This document shows positions 39,801 through 51,708 of a DNA stretch of 64,000 nucleotides, piece by piece; the first letter of the stretch is position 1, and every line of letters starts with the position of its first letter. The DNA is taken from IMG/VR virus record IMGVR_UViG_3300037067_004901, positions 1-64,000 of that record. One strand, 5' to 3'. Source of the DNA: a virus (taxonomy: Duplodnaviria > Caudoviricetes). The notes under the pieces were generated by a model. That model was not told the origin of the DNA. It made no database searches and saw only the letters and a program-made list of their open reading frames with translations. The position numbers were made by a program, and so were the translations under genes.

Positions 39801-41367
39801 TCAATACATTTGTGCAACCTGACAACAAGATACATCCAATCAACGCTATTACTAAAAACTTTTTATTCATTTTTATCTCCTTTTTTATCATCAATAGATT
39901 TAAGACAAGTCATAGCCATTGCAAGACGCATAATGAGAGAACATTGCTCGTATTTCTTTCCGACGACTTCTTCCATATCTGTTAGTGTTGTCATATTATA
40001 TTATCTTTTCTCCTTGAAAGTTATAACCTCGCGCTCTTTCTGGTTTAAAATTACGCTTTTGCGCACCTTTTAACCATTGTTTCGCTTGTTTTTCTTTAAT
40101 ATCTTTTTTAGAATATTTCGCTAACAGCCTTCTTAAAAATTGCAATTCTTCTTCGTTTCTATAAATTTCTCGTTGGCTATAGTCTGCGCAACGCATTTGG
40201 CGTCTGTCATTTAATATTCTGCCCATTCGTTTTTTAATTTGTGCTACTGTTAATCTTTTTATCATCTTATTTTTCCTTTTACTATACAAGACTTTTATTC
40301 CATCTTCTTATCTCTTTTTCTTTCTTTACAGCACGCAACACGTGCATAAACTCCTCTTTCTGAATACTATCGAATAAATTCTTTTTCACCACTTGCTCGA
40401 CTTCATTCCCGAATATACTCACAAGTCTATTCGCTATCTGAATAGGCTTTTTCTTTAATAATTGCTGTAACTCGAACGTGCTATGTCTATGATTATCTAT
40501 CACAAACACCCTGTTCATACATCACCTCTTTGGTAGAATACCAGTCGCTAAAAATATTCTTAAAATCTTTTCGTATTTCTCTATTTCTTCTACCCAATAT
40601 TTCTTTTTTTCTTCACTTTTAGCTGTGTTATATCCAAAAACTGCGCCACCATACAAACAAGTAAACTGTCTAACAGTATGTATATTAGCTCCTGTAGCTT
40701 TAAGCTCTACTTGTCTTTCTAAATCGAAATCACATTTTATCATAGTATTAGTTTTTATTGCTTATGCGTTCAATGACTTTTATACTTTTGCATTTCGGAC
40801 ATTCTCTGTATCTTTCAATGCCACTATCAGCTTTTCGAGAACCACCAAATGGTCCACACCCGCGTGTAGCTGGGTCATTATAATGACGTGTCTTTAATAT
40901 ACCATCATGAACGAACCCGCACGCAAGACAAGCATACATAACAGTCTCCTTTTAGAAATGATAAAGTGATATAAATCCATTGATGAAATCTACACGACCG
41001 TCATCCAATATAACTTTAGTATCCATTTTTGTATACGAATCATAATTGCTTAAACACGTTCTGCATTTATCCAAGAATATTTTCTCGGCTTCTTCGTTCG
41101 AATAAAACGGTATATTTTCTTCTATCACATTATCTTTAATAACTATAACAGAGCCAAGCGCAATATCGTCTTTACCCTTAAAGAAATTGTTATGCTTACT
41201 CTTTATATAGTCAGCGAGCTTCTTAGCGCCTATAAGCGATAGTCGCGGCTCGTGTTCTCTTTGACACGCTTCGCATTTACCAGTATATATATCTCTGGCT
41301 ATATCAATATTGACTTCTCTTAACAGCTTAATGAATGGTATTTTATAATACATCGCATTGTTCTCCT

Positions 41368-41538
41368 TTATTTTATCTGTAACAGAAAAGACAGAAACAT
41401 ACCAACCCAAAAAGAGAATATACTCGCTAACATCAAGCGCATTATATTCTTTTCTCTTTCACCGCTTATTATACAGTATACATATAGTGCTGAACACATT
41501 AAAAAGCCAAACATCAATACAAGCATTCTTATAATCAT
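41368..41538 (-). CDS. 56-aa two-TM microprotein (absent from the ORF track)
   Basis: MIIRMLVLMFGFLMCSALYVYCIISGEREKNIMRLMLASIFSFW...; paralog at 35327..35500. Confidence 0.7.
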   Translation of the reverse strand: MIIRMLVLMFGFLMCSALYVYCIISGEREKNIMRLMLASIFSFWVGMFLSFLLQIK

Positions 41539-41551
41539 AATAGCCACCTAT

Positions 41552-41929
41552 CTATGCGAGTTTCGTATAACACATTACTTTTTCGCTTCTGTAATAATAT
41601 AATCGTATTTCTACGTTGTTAGGCTTTCGACTTGCAACTTTGCTCAAAGCAAGTCGCTCACGTGGTTCTATATAGCCGTTCTTCTTACACGTTATCCACA
41701 ACTGTCGCTTATTCTTCATCTGAACTACTATATCAATAGCACTATGCGAGCCTGCACTTCGAATAGCGAATAAAACGTCGTTTCTGTTCTTAAATGAGCG
41801 CAGTATTCGAAACTCCATCGCTTCACCTAATTTTCTATTGTTTCGACCGCGTTCTGCGTTCTGTTCATAAATCATTCGCAGGACTGTCTTATCTTCTTTT
41901 GCACAGCTTCGCACTTGCGTTCCACTCAT
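41552..41929 (-). CDS. Hjc-like PD-(D/E)xK nuclease (Holliday junction resolvase-like)
   Basis: G..ME, IRSAGSHSAIDIV, ITCK. Confidence 0.7.
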   Translation of the reverse strand: MSGTQVRSCAKEDKTVLRMIYEQNAERGRNNRKLGEAMEFRILRSFKNRNDVLFAIRSAGSHSAIDIVVQMKNKRQLWITCKKNGYIEPRERLALSKVASRKPNNVEIRLYYYRSEKVMCYTKLA

Positions 41930-41966
41930 ATGGCTCTCGCTTTCTTTTGTGTTTCTGTATAGTAGA

Positions 41967-41994
41967 AGTATATCACGAGCGCACAGAAAGTCAA
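41967..41994 (-). promoter_or_regulatory. sigma70 promoter heading the leftward arm
   Basis: TTGACT-16-TATACT with extended TG. Confidence 0.7.
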
Positions 41995-42129
41995 TGCTAA
42001 ATGTTGCCCATCATCACTACAATTACATTTAAGAATATAAAAAGTTACTTTCTGGGCAATGCGTGAGATAAGCTGATAAATAGGCTTTAAAAAGCGCAGA
42101 GAAAAGAGTATAGTATATCTACAACTAAA

Positions 42130-43130
42130 ATGACGTGATTTGGGTCTCGGGTCTCGTGAGCGAGCCCTTCTCGGATTTTGTCTCAAAAATCAGGTAAAAA
42201 CCGTTTTACTCGCAAGTCGTTTGTCTTTAGTTCGACACCCGAGTATCAATTCTCGCAACTCGCAGCCACGTATCGACATACGAATATCGCAACTCGACAT
42301 TCACCAATCGACATTCACTACATATCTCTCAACTCTTAACAGTAGATTGGTATAATCCGTTCAACTGTCAAGAGTAGAAAACTGGCTTTCGAGACTTAAC
42401 TTTCGAGAACTGGCTTTTAATAGTTGGATTTCGACATTCTATTCTCAACTATATAGAAAGTTAGTTTCTTAACGGAATAGCGGCTATAGTAAGTTCTTAA
42501 CAGAATGAACTGTAAATATGATACTCGCGTCTCGGCAATAGATAAAATCGCTTAAAAACGCTTACATTTTACGCCATTTGCTCTACTTTCTATAGGAACT
42601 AACTTTTGTTTACACAAAAAACTCGAAACTCGGATGAGCTAGTTTCACACTCAAAAGCCAGTTATTTCGCTCGGCAAAAGTTAGAAACTGGCTTTTTGTT
42701 AAGAGAATTTTTTAGTTGGTGATGTCCTAGTCTAATTACACCCGAGTGCTTTTTTCGGGTGCAGGAAAATACACTGCAAAAACACACAACAAACTACGTG
42801 AAAGTGACCAACGGTTACAAAAAAAACGACCTTCCATATGGGTGCCTGTAGGAGTCGTGGAAAATGCTAACCAAAAAAATATCTAACTTTTTATATAAAT
42901 ATATATATTCTTAACAGGAAACTTGTGCTGGTTTTGTTTAACAGATTTTTATACTTTTAACTGTTAAGAGAATTTGTGTGATTTCCAATTATATAGACAT
43001 ATATCAACATAGTGCTTTTTTTCGTAACTATTGGTCACATTCGAGCGTCAAAGTGAAGTTTTTTAAATATCCATTTTTTTTACAAAATAGCTGTTTTTCT
43101 TCATTAAAACGATTTTATTTTGCAGGTTAA
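42130..43130. repeat. ORF-free strand-switch region with short dispersed repeats
   Basis: AACTGGCTTT x4 (about 42380, 42408, 42686; inverted at 42654), several TCTTAAC/GTTAAGA, TCGACATTC repeats. Confidence 0.6.
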
Positions 43131-43137
43131 GATAATG

Positions 43138-43166
43138 TTGACAAGTGTATAGTATTATGATATACT
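43138..43166 (+). promoter_or_regulatory. sigma70 promoter
   Basis: TTGACA-17-TATACT with extended TG. Confidence 0.8.
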
Positions 43167-43172
43167 TCTATA

Positions 43173-43482
43173 TGTAAGCAGAGAGTTTTGCGACTTCTCT
43201 TGTTTACTCATGGTTATCGGTTGTGTTGATTACGAAAAGTAGGATAATAGTGTAAACTATGTAATTATGAGCGTAAAATTCTACATTGAACGGCGTAGTT
43301 GCTCGTAACGTGCTTACCAACACAACTCGTGTTTCGCGCAGAGTGGACATCGTGTTCACTCGCTTTCGAAGAAGAAGAAGCTGAGAATAGAAAGTGTTGA
43401 AGTTGATTCCTCCTTCACGAGTATATTTTCAGTTTCTTCTTCTTTTTTTCTGGTCAACCTTTTACATTAACCGATATAGCCA
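43173..43482 (+). ncRNA. putative ~310-nt structured ncRNA
   Basis: Starts just after a consensus promoter, has no ORF, and contains nested helices (TATCGGTT/AACCGATA, GTTGTGTTG/CAACACAAC, GAGTGGAC/GTTCACTC, GAAGAAGAAGCTGAGAATA/TATTTTCAGTTTCTTCTTC). Confidence 0.6.
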
Positions 43483-43598
43483 CAATTCGATTAAAATGTA
43501 ATTATTTTTTTGCGAAAATTGATTGGAAGGATCCTAAATTAAGAGAATTGAAAAGTTAGCCACGGTTTGTAGTAGGCTGAGAAAAATGCTCGTTTAAA

Positions 43599-43627
43599 TT
43601 GACTTTTAGTTGTATATGTGATAAACT
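43599..43627 (+). promoter_or_regulatory. sigma70 promoter
   Basis: TTGACT-17-TAAACT with extended TG. Confidence 0.65.
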
Positions 43628-43662
43628 ATAAATAAAGAAAGAAAGTTAAAAATAAAGAAAGG

Positions 43663-43905
43663 ATGGGTTGTTATATGAATAAGATAATGTTAGTTATTAG
43701 TATAGCATTAGTTATGCTGTTTGCAAATGAAGCGTCTGCGCTAAATGTAATGCGTGTCAACGGGTCTGTTACGCATAGAAGTATAAATCGAAAAGAAATG
43801 CGTAATATAACAAATCAAGATAGGGTGAATTCATCACGTTATATCTTTATAAATAACAAAAAGAGAGGGGGTGAACAAGATGAAGAAAAGGATAAAGCTG
43901 AATAA
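43663..43905 (+). CDS. hypothetical secreted protein
   Basis: Signal-peptide-like MNKIMLVISIALVMLFANEASA. Confidence 0.5.
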   Translation: MGCYMNKIMLVISIALVMLFANEASALNVMRVNGSVTHRSINRKEMRNITNQDRVNSSRYIFINNKKRGGEQDEEKDKAE

Positions 43906-44194
43906 ATATGTCGTGAACACGACTAAGGCTGGAGGGCTCGTATTTACAGCTTTGAAGACGCTCGCTAATAATAAAAAGCGAACTGACAAAGCAACGTTAT
44001 CGAGAAGTGAAGTCAATGAATTGAAGAGGGCGAAATCGAAAGACGCCTTCTTTTCACTTGTTGATAAATATATCGTAGATAGAGCTAAGATTGGCTCTGC
44101 GGCAAAACGCGCGGGTCAGACACTAAATACCGGTTATGACGCGGCTCATTATCGAGTTGCGAAAGAATTGGGTTTAGCGAAGATAGTAGCGTAA
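43871..44194 (+). CDS. basic hypothetical protein (paralog of 45706..46125)
   Basis: Shared LK.A...F.S...K and NT.YD..H...AK.L motifs. Confidence 0.7.
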   Translation: MNKMKKRIKLNKYVVNTTKAGGLVFTALKTLANNKKRTDKATLSRSEVNELKRAKSKDAFFSLVDKYIVDRAKIGSAAKRAGQTLNTGYDAAHYRVAKELGLAKIVA

Positions 44195-44200
44195 CGAGAA

Positions 44201-44239
44201 AAGAGGGGCGAGCGTAGAAATGCGCTCGTCTCTTTTTTT
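44201..44239 (+). terminator. intrinsic terminator
   Basis: GC-rich stem GGCGAGCG/CGCTCGTC followed by a T7 tract. Confidence 0.8.
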
Positions 44240-44321
44240 GGCTTGTGAAATACAGTTGGACGCGCGCTCGTCCAATGACTTTTGCATATTTTGCTCGGTG
44301 AAGTTATAGTTAGCCGAGTGC

Positions 44322-44349
44322 TTGACTTGCGCTTTGCATAGTGTATACT
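44322..44349 (+). promoter_or_regulatory. sigma70 promoter
   Basis: TTGACT-16-TATACT. Confidence 0.6.
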
Positions 44350-44887
44350 TATAGTAGAAAGCGAGAGAGAAACGAACACAAAAGAAAGCGAGTTGAAAAA
44401 TGCCAAAATGTAAAGAATGCAAGAAAAGCGACAAAGTAGTTATTGCGAGTTATAAGTTAAGAAACGGTAAAAAAGATAAGTATTTTGAATGTGAACGCTG
44501 TAACTGTGTTGTTAAAAGAATAAGTAAATTTAAAATAGACTAATAGAAAGGAGATGAGTAAAATGTTTACACAAATACATTATGTAGAAGTAGCAAAAGT
44601 TATTAACAAGAATATACAGAAAGCAGATAAAGTTGGTATATTCTCGAAACAAGCTGTTGTAAGCGTTGCTGTGGATTTCGCAAAATTGTTTGCAAAAGAT
44701 AATGCGAAATTTGATGTTATGAAATTTAAGTCAGCGTGCGGTATATAAAAATAATCGAAAGCGAGGCGCGAAATGACCGAATTATTAAGATTTGTCTATA
44801 AGTTAGAAGCTGAAAGACAGAAGCGAGAGATTAAAGCGGCGCTCATTAAGTTATTAAAGACAAAACGAGCGAGAAAGGCGGTGGCTA

Positions 44888-45478
44888 ATGTCTAATATGT
44901 CGAGATTAGCGCAGGGTATCGAAGAAGCGTGCAATGCGTGTCAAGATATGAAATGCGAGGGTTGCAAAATTGTTGTAGACATTGGCGACAAAGTAGTTAC
45001 TGTCAACGGTAAGACGCACGACATTTTGAGCGTCAAGCTTAAAGAAGAAGTAAAAAAAGAAAAAGTGAAAGAAGCTTGTATGAATTATTCGAAAGGCAAG
45101 TGGAATTTCTCGAAGTTAGCACGTTTTTTGAAACACGTTGCGTGCGTTGTGTTATTGTTGTTAATAACGCACAATGCGTTTGCAGTTGAAATAAATATTG
45201 AGAAATTGGCAGACGCAATATACAAAGCAGAGGGCGGTAGTAAGACTTCGCATCCTTACGGAATATTGAAGCATTACAAGTATACAACTGCAAGACAAGC
45301 CTGCATCAACACTATAAAGCACGCATTAAAAGATTTTAATGAGCAAGGTGACTTTATAGAGTTTTTAGGAAGTCGTTATTGCCCAACACATTGGGAAAAT
45401 ACATATCAAGCTACAAGAGAAGAATATCTATTGAATAGATATTGGGTAAAGAACGTCAAATACTTCTATAATCAATAA
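44888..45478 (+). CDS. putative lysozyme-fold / glucosaminidase-like protein
   Basis: Internal signal peptide, then LADAIYKAEGG...PYGIL...FLGSRYCP...WVKNV; true start probably MNYSKG. Confidence 0.5.
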   Translation: MSNMSRLAQGIEEACNACQDMKCEGCKIVVDIGDKVVTVNGKTHDILSVKLKEEVKKEKVKEACMNYSKGKWNFSKLARFLKHVACVVLLLLITHNAFAVEINIEKLADAIYKAEGGSKTSHPYGILKHYKYTTARQACINTIKHALKDFNEQGDFIEFLGSRYCPTHWENTYQATREEYLLNRYWVKNVKYFYNQ

Positions 45479-45705
45479 AATAAAATAATTTTGGGCAACT
45501 AAAAAAAATAACCGATATATTCCTATTACGGTTTGGAGAAAATATAAACAGGTTATCAACATTTTATCAACAGGAAATCCACATTTAAAAAGTTTTTAAA
45601 AAGAAGTTTAAAAAAGAACTTAGGAAGGTTCCTAAAAAAATAAGCAAAAAAAATTCGAGAAGTAAAAGACAATTTGCGCTTTGTGTTTTGTGTGTGTTTT
45701 TATTT

Positions 45706-46125
45706 TTACTTCTTTGCTTTTGCTTTCGTTGTTGTCTTTGATGTCTTCTTGACTTTCGACATCTTGACAAGCGACGCTTTGACTTCTTTCTTACGTCTAT
45801 CGTTTGACGCTGTAAAAGCGTCTTTGTTTAAGAGCTTCGCTATCGACGTATGAACTTTGTCATAGTGCGTGTTTTTCGTTAACATCGCTTTGCGTGCTTG
45901 TGCGTCGAGATGCTCGACTAACAAGAACTTGTTAGCGACGCTTGTAAACTCTTTGAACGTGCGCGCGCTTTTTAGCTTTGCGCTGTCTTGCGCGTCGAAC
46001 ACATAAGCACGCTTTTCGCTTGTGTTGTCGCTGTATAAGCGAACATAAGAGAGAGCGACTTTATTTTTTATCTGCGACGCTGTTAAATTCAGCACTTTCA
46101 AAATCATCTTTTTGAGTTTTGACAT
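45706..46125 (-). CDS. basic hypothetical protein with Lys-rich tail (paralog of 43871..44194)
   Basis: Shared motifs; own promoter at 46286-46313. Confidence 0.7.
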   Translation of the reverse strand: MSKLKKMILKVLNLTASQIKNKVALSYVRLYSDNTSEKRAYVFDAQDSAKLKSARTFKEFTSVANKFLLVEHLDAQARKAMLTKNTHYDKVHTSIAKLLNKDAFTASNDRRKKEVKASLVKMSKVKKTSKTTTKAKAKK

Positions 46126-46285
46126 TGTGTATCTCGCTTTCTTGCGCTTTGTCTTTTACTTCTCGAACTTTACTTTTTAAATGTTTACTTACTCGACGCT
46201 ATGCTTTCGCATTAGTTTATAACGTTTTACGTTCAGCATTTAAATTTCATTATTTGTTAATGAGCGTTTAACTTCTTATGTATAT

Positions 46286-46313
46286 AGTATATCATATTAT
46301 ATACTAAATGCAA
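46286..46313 (-). promoter_or_regulatory. sigma70 promoter
   Basis: TTGCAT-16-TATACT with extended TG. Confidence 0.6.
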
Positions 46314-46569
46314 GAATTATTTTATATTTTTTCGTTTTTATTTTTATGCTAATAAGCACGAAAAGATATAACATACCCCCCAGTTATTTCTCGTCGAGAA
46401 AAAAAGTTGAAAAATAAAAATCGATGTCTACTGTATCTTACACTGAAGGTCCGCATTTTTTGTAATTGTAGTATAGAATATCACCAACTAAATATAATAT
46501 GTCATATATGTTATTTTTATTATCGAAACTTCACTTTTATTTCAAAATATATATTTTTTTATTTTTCCC

Positions 46570-46598
46570 TTGACAAAAACGATTTTATATGATATACT
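46570..46598 (+). promoter_or_regulatory. sigma70 promoter heading the rightward arm
   Basis: TTGACA-17-TATACT with extended TG. Confidence 0.8.
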
Positions 46599-46629
46599 TT
46601 ACACGAAAATAAAAGAAAGGAGTTTATGA

Positions 46630-46935
46630 ATGCATAGAGATTATGTTTATTATGGACACGATGCACAGATAGATGTGTCAAATGGGGTTTTTCAAAATCC
46701 TTTTTCAGTAGAAAGTGAAATTGTACATATACACGACAATCCAGATAACATGCGCGCGAGAAGCAAGTATCAAAAAACAAGTAACATAGCAAAATTCTCA
46801 TCTACAGCAACACTTACAATTGCTGATTTAGAAGAAGCAAAACGACGCATATCATCTGTTGAATCATCAGAAATTCCAATTGCACCAATACGTTTTATTA
46901 ATTCTTATTCTATTACAGGCGGTGCTAGCTCATGA
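46630..46935 (+). CDS. hypothetical protein
   Basis: AAAGGAG RBS directly after the promoter. Confidence 0.55.
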   Translation: MHRDYVYYGHDAQIDVSNGVFQNPFSVESEIVHIHDNPDNMRARSKYQKTSNIAKFSSTATLTIADLEEAKRRISSVESSEIPIAPIRFINSYSITGGASS

Positions 46936-46999
46936 GTTCTAGCGTCATATCATATATATATTATATTTCGCGCTAGAAAGCATCGCCTTTTTAAATTAT

Positions 47000-47075
47000 T
47001 GCGGGATGGACAAGTGGTTAAGTCGATTGGCTCATAACCAATATATCATGGGTTCAAATCCCATTCCCGCTACCA
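47000..47075 (+). tRNA. tRNA-Met(CAT), initiator-like
   Basis: ATTGG-CTCATAA-CCAAT arm, 1:72 mismatch, ACCA end. Confidence 0.88.
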
Positions 47076-47381
47076 ATTTGTCGCTGTGTGTCACGCACTA
47101 GAACGCACGATGTTTTTGCTACTCATCGTAGTTATAAATCATAGACCCAATGATACATATGTTTAATCATGTAGATGTGTATATCTGAAGCACAGACTTG
47201 AAGATATCTAGAGCGACGATTATTTGGGTGCGACAACTTTGCCCAGCTATTTAGTTGTTGTATGTATGATTATCTCGATAAGAGCATATACCCGTCAAAT
47301 AGCTATGGTATACGCGCGGCGGCGTGGAATCGCGTTGAGCATTGAGACACGCATTTTAAAAATAAGAAAGGAGATTTTTGA

Positions 47382-49010
<1,629 letters not shown>

Positions 49011-49041
49011 AATTTTTTTATAGATAAGGAGACTTTTTTTA

Positions 49042-49869
49042 ATGCAAGTCGTTGATTTATCAAAAAAACAAGAATTAGAAAAATTTGATGTTAAAGTAAG
49101 CGAAGAACTTATTGTAGCGATAAGTCAATACAAGAGTATTGATTATACAAAATCGGCTATAGAAGCATTAAAGAAAGAGGGCGTTAAGTTTACAACGCTC
49201 ATTTTGTTTGATGGTAGTTCTGATGAAGATTATGAGAAAATTCAGAATCTTGCTGATATAAGCATTCGAATAAAGAAACGGATAAATAGCTTACCACAAA
49301 TATGGAACATCATGTTTGGCGCAGCCAAGCTCACCGCGGCTAAATATTTGTATTGGCAAGGTTCTGATATGTTATTAAACGAGCATGGTTTAGAAAATAT
49401 GCTCATGACTATGAAGTTAGGTTATGACGCAGTAAGTCCAATTAAAATTGATAATGATGTTGAAAGATTTAAAAATTATAAAAGAGTTTATAATCGCGTA
49501 ATGCGATGTGCTGGTATAAATGATAGCGCATGTCTATTTCGTTTAGATAAGCTAGACTTTTTTTGTTTTGATGAAATGTATGCGCCGTATCAATTCGAGA
49601 CAAGCGCGTTGGGTTATGCGCTGTTTCGTAAAAAATGCAGAATGTGCATAGATGATAACGCTGTCATATTACATTATTGCAGTAAAGATATAGAGCATAG
49701 CCCAAAAGAGCGTGAAATCGGAAGTAAAACTTGGGATATGAAGCGCGATTATTTTTTAAAAGACGCAAGTGAAGATAAGAGATGGTTCTTTGAAAAATCT
49801 ATAATGAACAGCGAAATCGTAAAAGATATTGGGTTCCCAGCGCATATTTATTTAGGAGACCCAAAATGA
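49042..49869 (+). CDS. GT-A (family 2-like) glycosyltransferase
   Basis: LILFDGSSD, WN, SD, SACLFR, FDE.Y pattern. Confidence 0.6.
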   Translation: MQVVDLSKKQELEKFDVKVSEELIVAISQYKSIDYTKSAIEALKKEGVKFTTLILFDGSSDEDYEKIQNLADISIRIKKRINSLPQIWNIMFGAAKLTAAKYLYWQGSDMLLNEHGLENMLMTMKLGYDAVSPIKIDNDVERFKNYKRVYNRVMRCAGINDSACLFRLDKLDFFCFDEMYAPYQFETSALGYALFRKKCRMCIDDNAVILHYCSKDIEHSPKEREIGSKTWDMKRDYFLKDASEDKRWFFEKSIMNSEIVKDIGFPAHIYLGDPK

Positions 49870-50924
49870 ACATACTAGTTTGTGTCGGAGCAAGTGAACC
49901 GAGTTATACGAGTAGCAAGAGTTTTATTAGAGCGTTAAAACGCGCTGGGTATGATGTCAGAACGTGTGGTGCATATTATAAATACGATAGAGAACGCACA
50001 GAACAAGTCGATTTTGAATTAGAAGACAAATGTTTTCCAGAATTATATACATATGAAGAAGTATTAAAAAGCACTAAAGATTTTAAAGCAGATATTATAT
50101 TACAAATAGAACCACATTTTTATTTATGTGGGGAAAAACCAAAAGATATAAAAAGTTATTATTGGATTCTAGACCCACATCGAGGTGGTTATGCATACAG
50201 AAATCTTGCTAAACAAGGTGATTTTAATGCATTGTTTATGTCGCAAACTTATTTTTCTGATAGTTATTTAGAATTTGCAAAAAAAATTTATTTCTTTCCA
50301 CAAGCAGTAGATATAGATAGAATTAAATATGATGAAAACATTAAAGCAGAATGCGACATCGCGTTTATCGGTGAAACAGGCATTGCAGATAGATGCATGA
50401 GATACGACAAACGAGATGCAGATAATTATGAATATACGAATTTAATTAATGATAATTATATATTAGATTCAGAAATATATAAAGATTACGCAGAAAGAGC
50501 GAAATTGTTAATGTTGTTATCTCGTGGCTTTGATGTTCGTATATATAAAAAGAATTTTAATACAGATTATTCTAAAATAATACAAAAAGGTAAAATTGCT
50601 TTTCATCGTAGTTTATTTAAAGATATAACATTGCGAAATTTTGAATCTTTAGCTTTAAAGCGTGCGCTTGTATGCGATTACGTACCGAATCTAGAAAAGT
50701 TGATGATAAACTATAAGCATTGTCTTATGTATAAAGCTTTTGGATTCAATACAGAACTTGAAAACTTTAAACTTGATTATGAACAGGCGAAAGAAGCTGT
50801 TGACATTTTGCTAAAAGATGATAAAATGAGAAATGATATTGCAGAGAATGCGTATCAACATGTTATGAAATATCATACTTTTGATAATCGCGTTAAAGAA
50901 ATGATGAGCGTTATTACGGGATAG
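49866..50924 (+). CDS. CgeB-like GT-B glycosyltransferase
   Basis: YWILDPH, PQAVD, DIAFIG, LRNFE, IAENAY..V...HTFDNRV. Confidence 0.8.
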   Translation: MNILVCVGASEPSYTSSKSFIRALKRAGYDVRTCGAYYKYDRERTEQVDFELEDKCFPELYTYEEVLKSTKDFKADIILQIEPHFYLCGEKPKDIKSYYWILDPHRGGYAYRNLAKQGDFNALFMSQTYFSDSYLEFAKKIYFFPQAVDIDRIKYDENIKAECDIAFIGETGIADRCMRYDKRDADNYEYTNLINDNYILDSEIYKDYAERAKLLMLLSRGFDVRIYKKNFNTDYSKIIQKGKIAFHRSLFKDITLRNFESLALKRALVCDYVPNLEKLMINYKHCLMYKAFGFNTELENFKLDYEQAKEAVDILLKDDKMRNDIAENAYQHVMKYHTFDNRVKEMMSVITG

Positions 50925-51005
50925 GGTAATTGGTAGCCCAGCAGACTTTGAATCTGCCAGAACAAAATAGTTCGCGTGGAAGTTCGAATCTTTCTCCCGT
51001 AACCA
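50915..51005 (+). tRNA. tRNA-Gln(TTG) with long variable arm
   Basis: TACGGGA/TCCCGTA acceptor, GCAGA-CTTTGAA-TCTGC arm, extra GAAC-AAAATA-GTTC hairpin, ACCA end. Confidence 0.85.
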
Positions 51006-51443
51006 AAAAAGATAGGAGAGAATGATATGTATAAAGTAACAATAAAACTAAAGAACGTTGATTCTGTAGTTTATGATGATGTAGAAGATTATGATATTGA
51101 CGAAGTTACTATAGATTTAAGCATTGGTGAAAATAGGAAAATAATTTTTCCTCTTATTAATGTAGAATCAGTAGATATAGCAAAGTTAGATGAATCTTAA
51201 AAAAATGAAGATTATTTTAAGAAACGAGAATATAGAACAGATGAGAAAGCGTCACGAAAAAGAAATCGAGACGCTTCAGAAGAAATGTAAACATAAAGAA
51301 ATTAGTGACTGGATGGAGTATCATTTTGCAATTGGTCACTTTTCGCATTATGTAAAAGTTTGTAAATATTGTGGTAAAATTATAAAAGAAGATAAACCGA
51401 AATTCGTAACACATAATATAGGATTTGAAAAAGCAGTTAAATT

Positions 51444-51520
51444 GGGGGATTAGTAGCTAACTGGGAAAACATGTGCTTTGCAAGCATGAATTATCGGTTC
51501 GAATCCGATATCCTCCACCA
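51444..51520 (+). tRNA. tRNA-Ala(TGC)
   Basis: G3:U70 pair, loop TTTGCAA, ACCA end. Confidence 0.92.
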
Positions 51521-51708
51521 AAAAAAGGAGTGAAAGAAAGTGAAAAAAGCAAATAAGACGATACGACGCGAAAAAATAGCAGTAATCAATGCATGGATGA
51601 ATAAATTCCCATGTAAAAATTATTTTAAATATCAAGATGGCGGTTGTATTCATGACCGTATTAATGCACGCGAAATATATAATTTTATAGAAGCAAAATT
51701 TAGATAAT

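Larger units (their letters stand above)
25507..41410 (-). other. dense array of short hypothetical ORFs (putative early/host-takeover region)
   Basis: Dozens of 60-220 aa co-oriented ORFs with AGGAG-type RBS and stop/start overlaps. Confidence 0.7.

Noticed and set aside
41926-42355. ORFs 41926..42186 and 42140..42355
   Set aside because: They overlap a promoter and the repeat region, start at TTG without an RBS and have non-protein-like composition
47330-47360. CIRCE element before groEL
   Set aside because: Poor match to TTAGCACTC-N9-GAGTGCTAA
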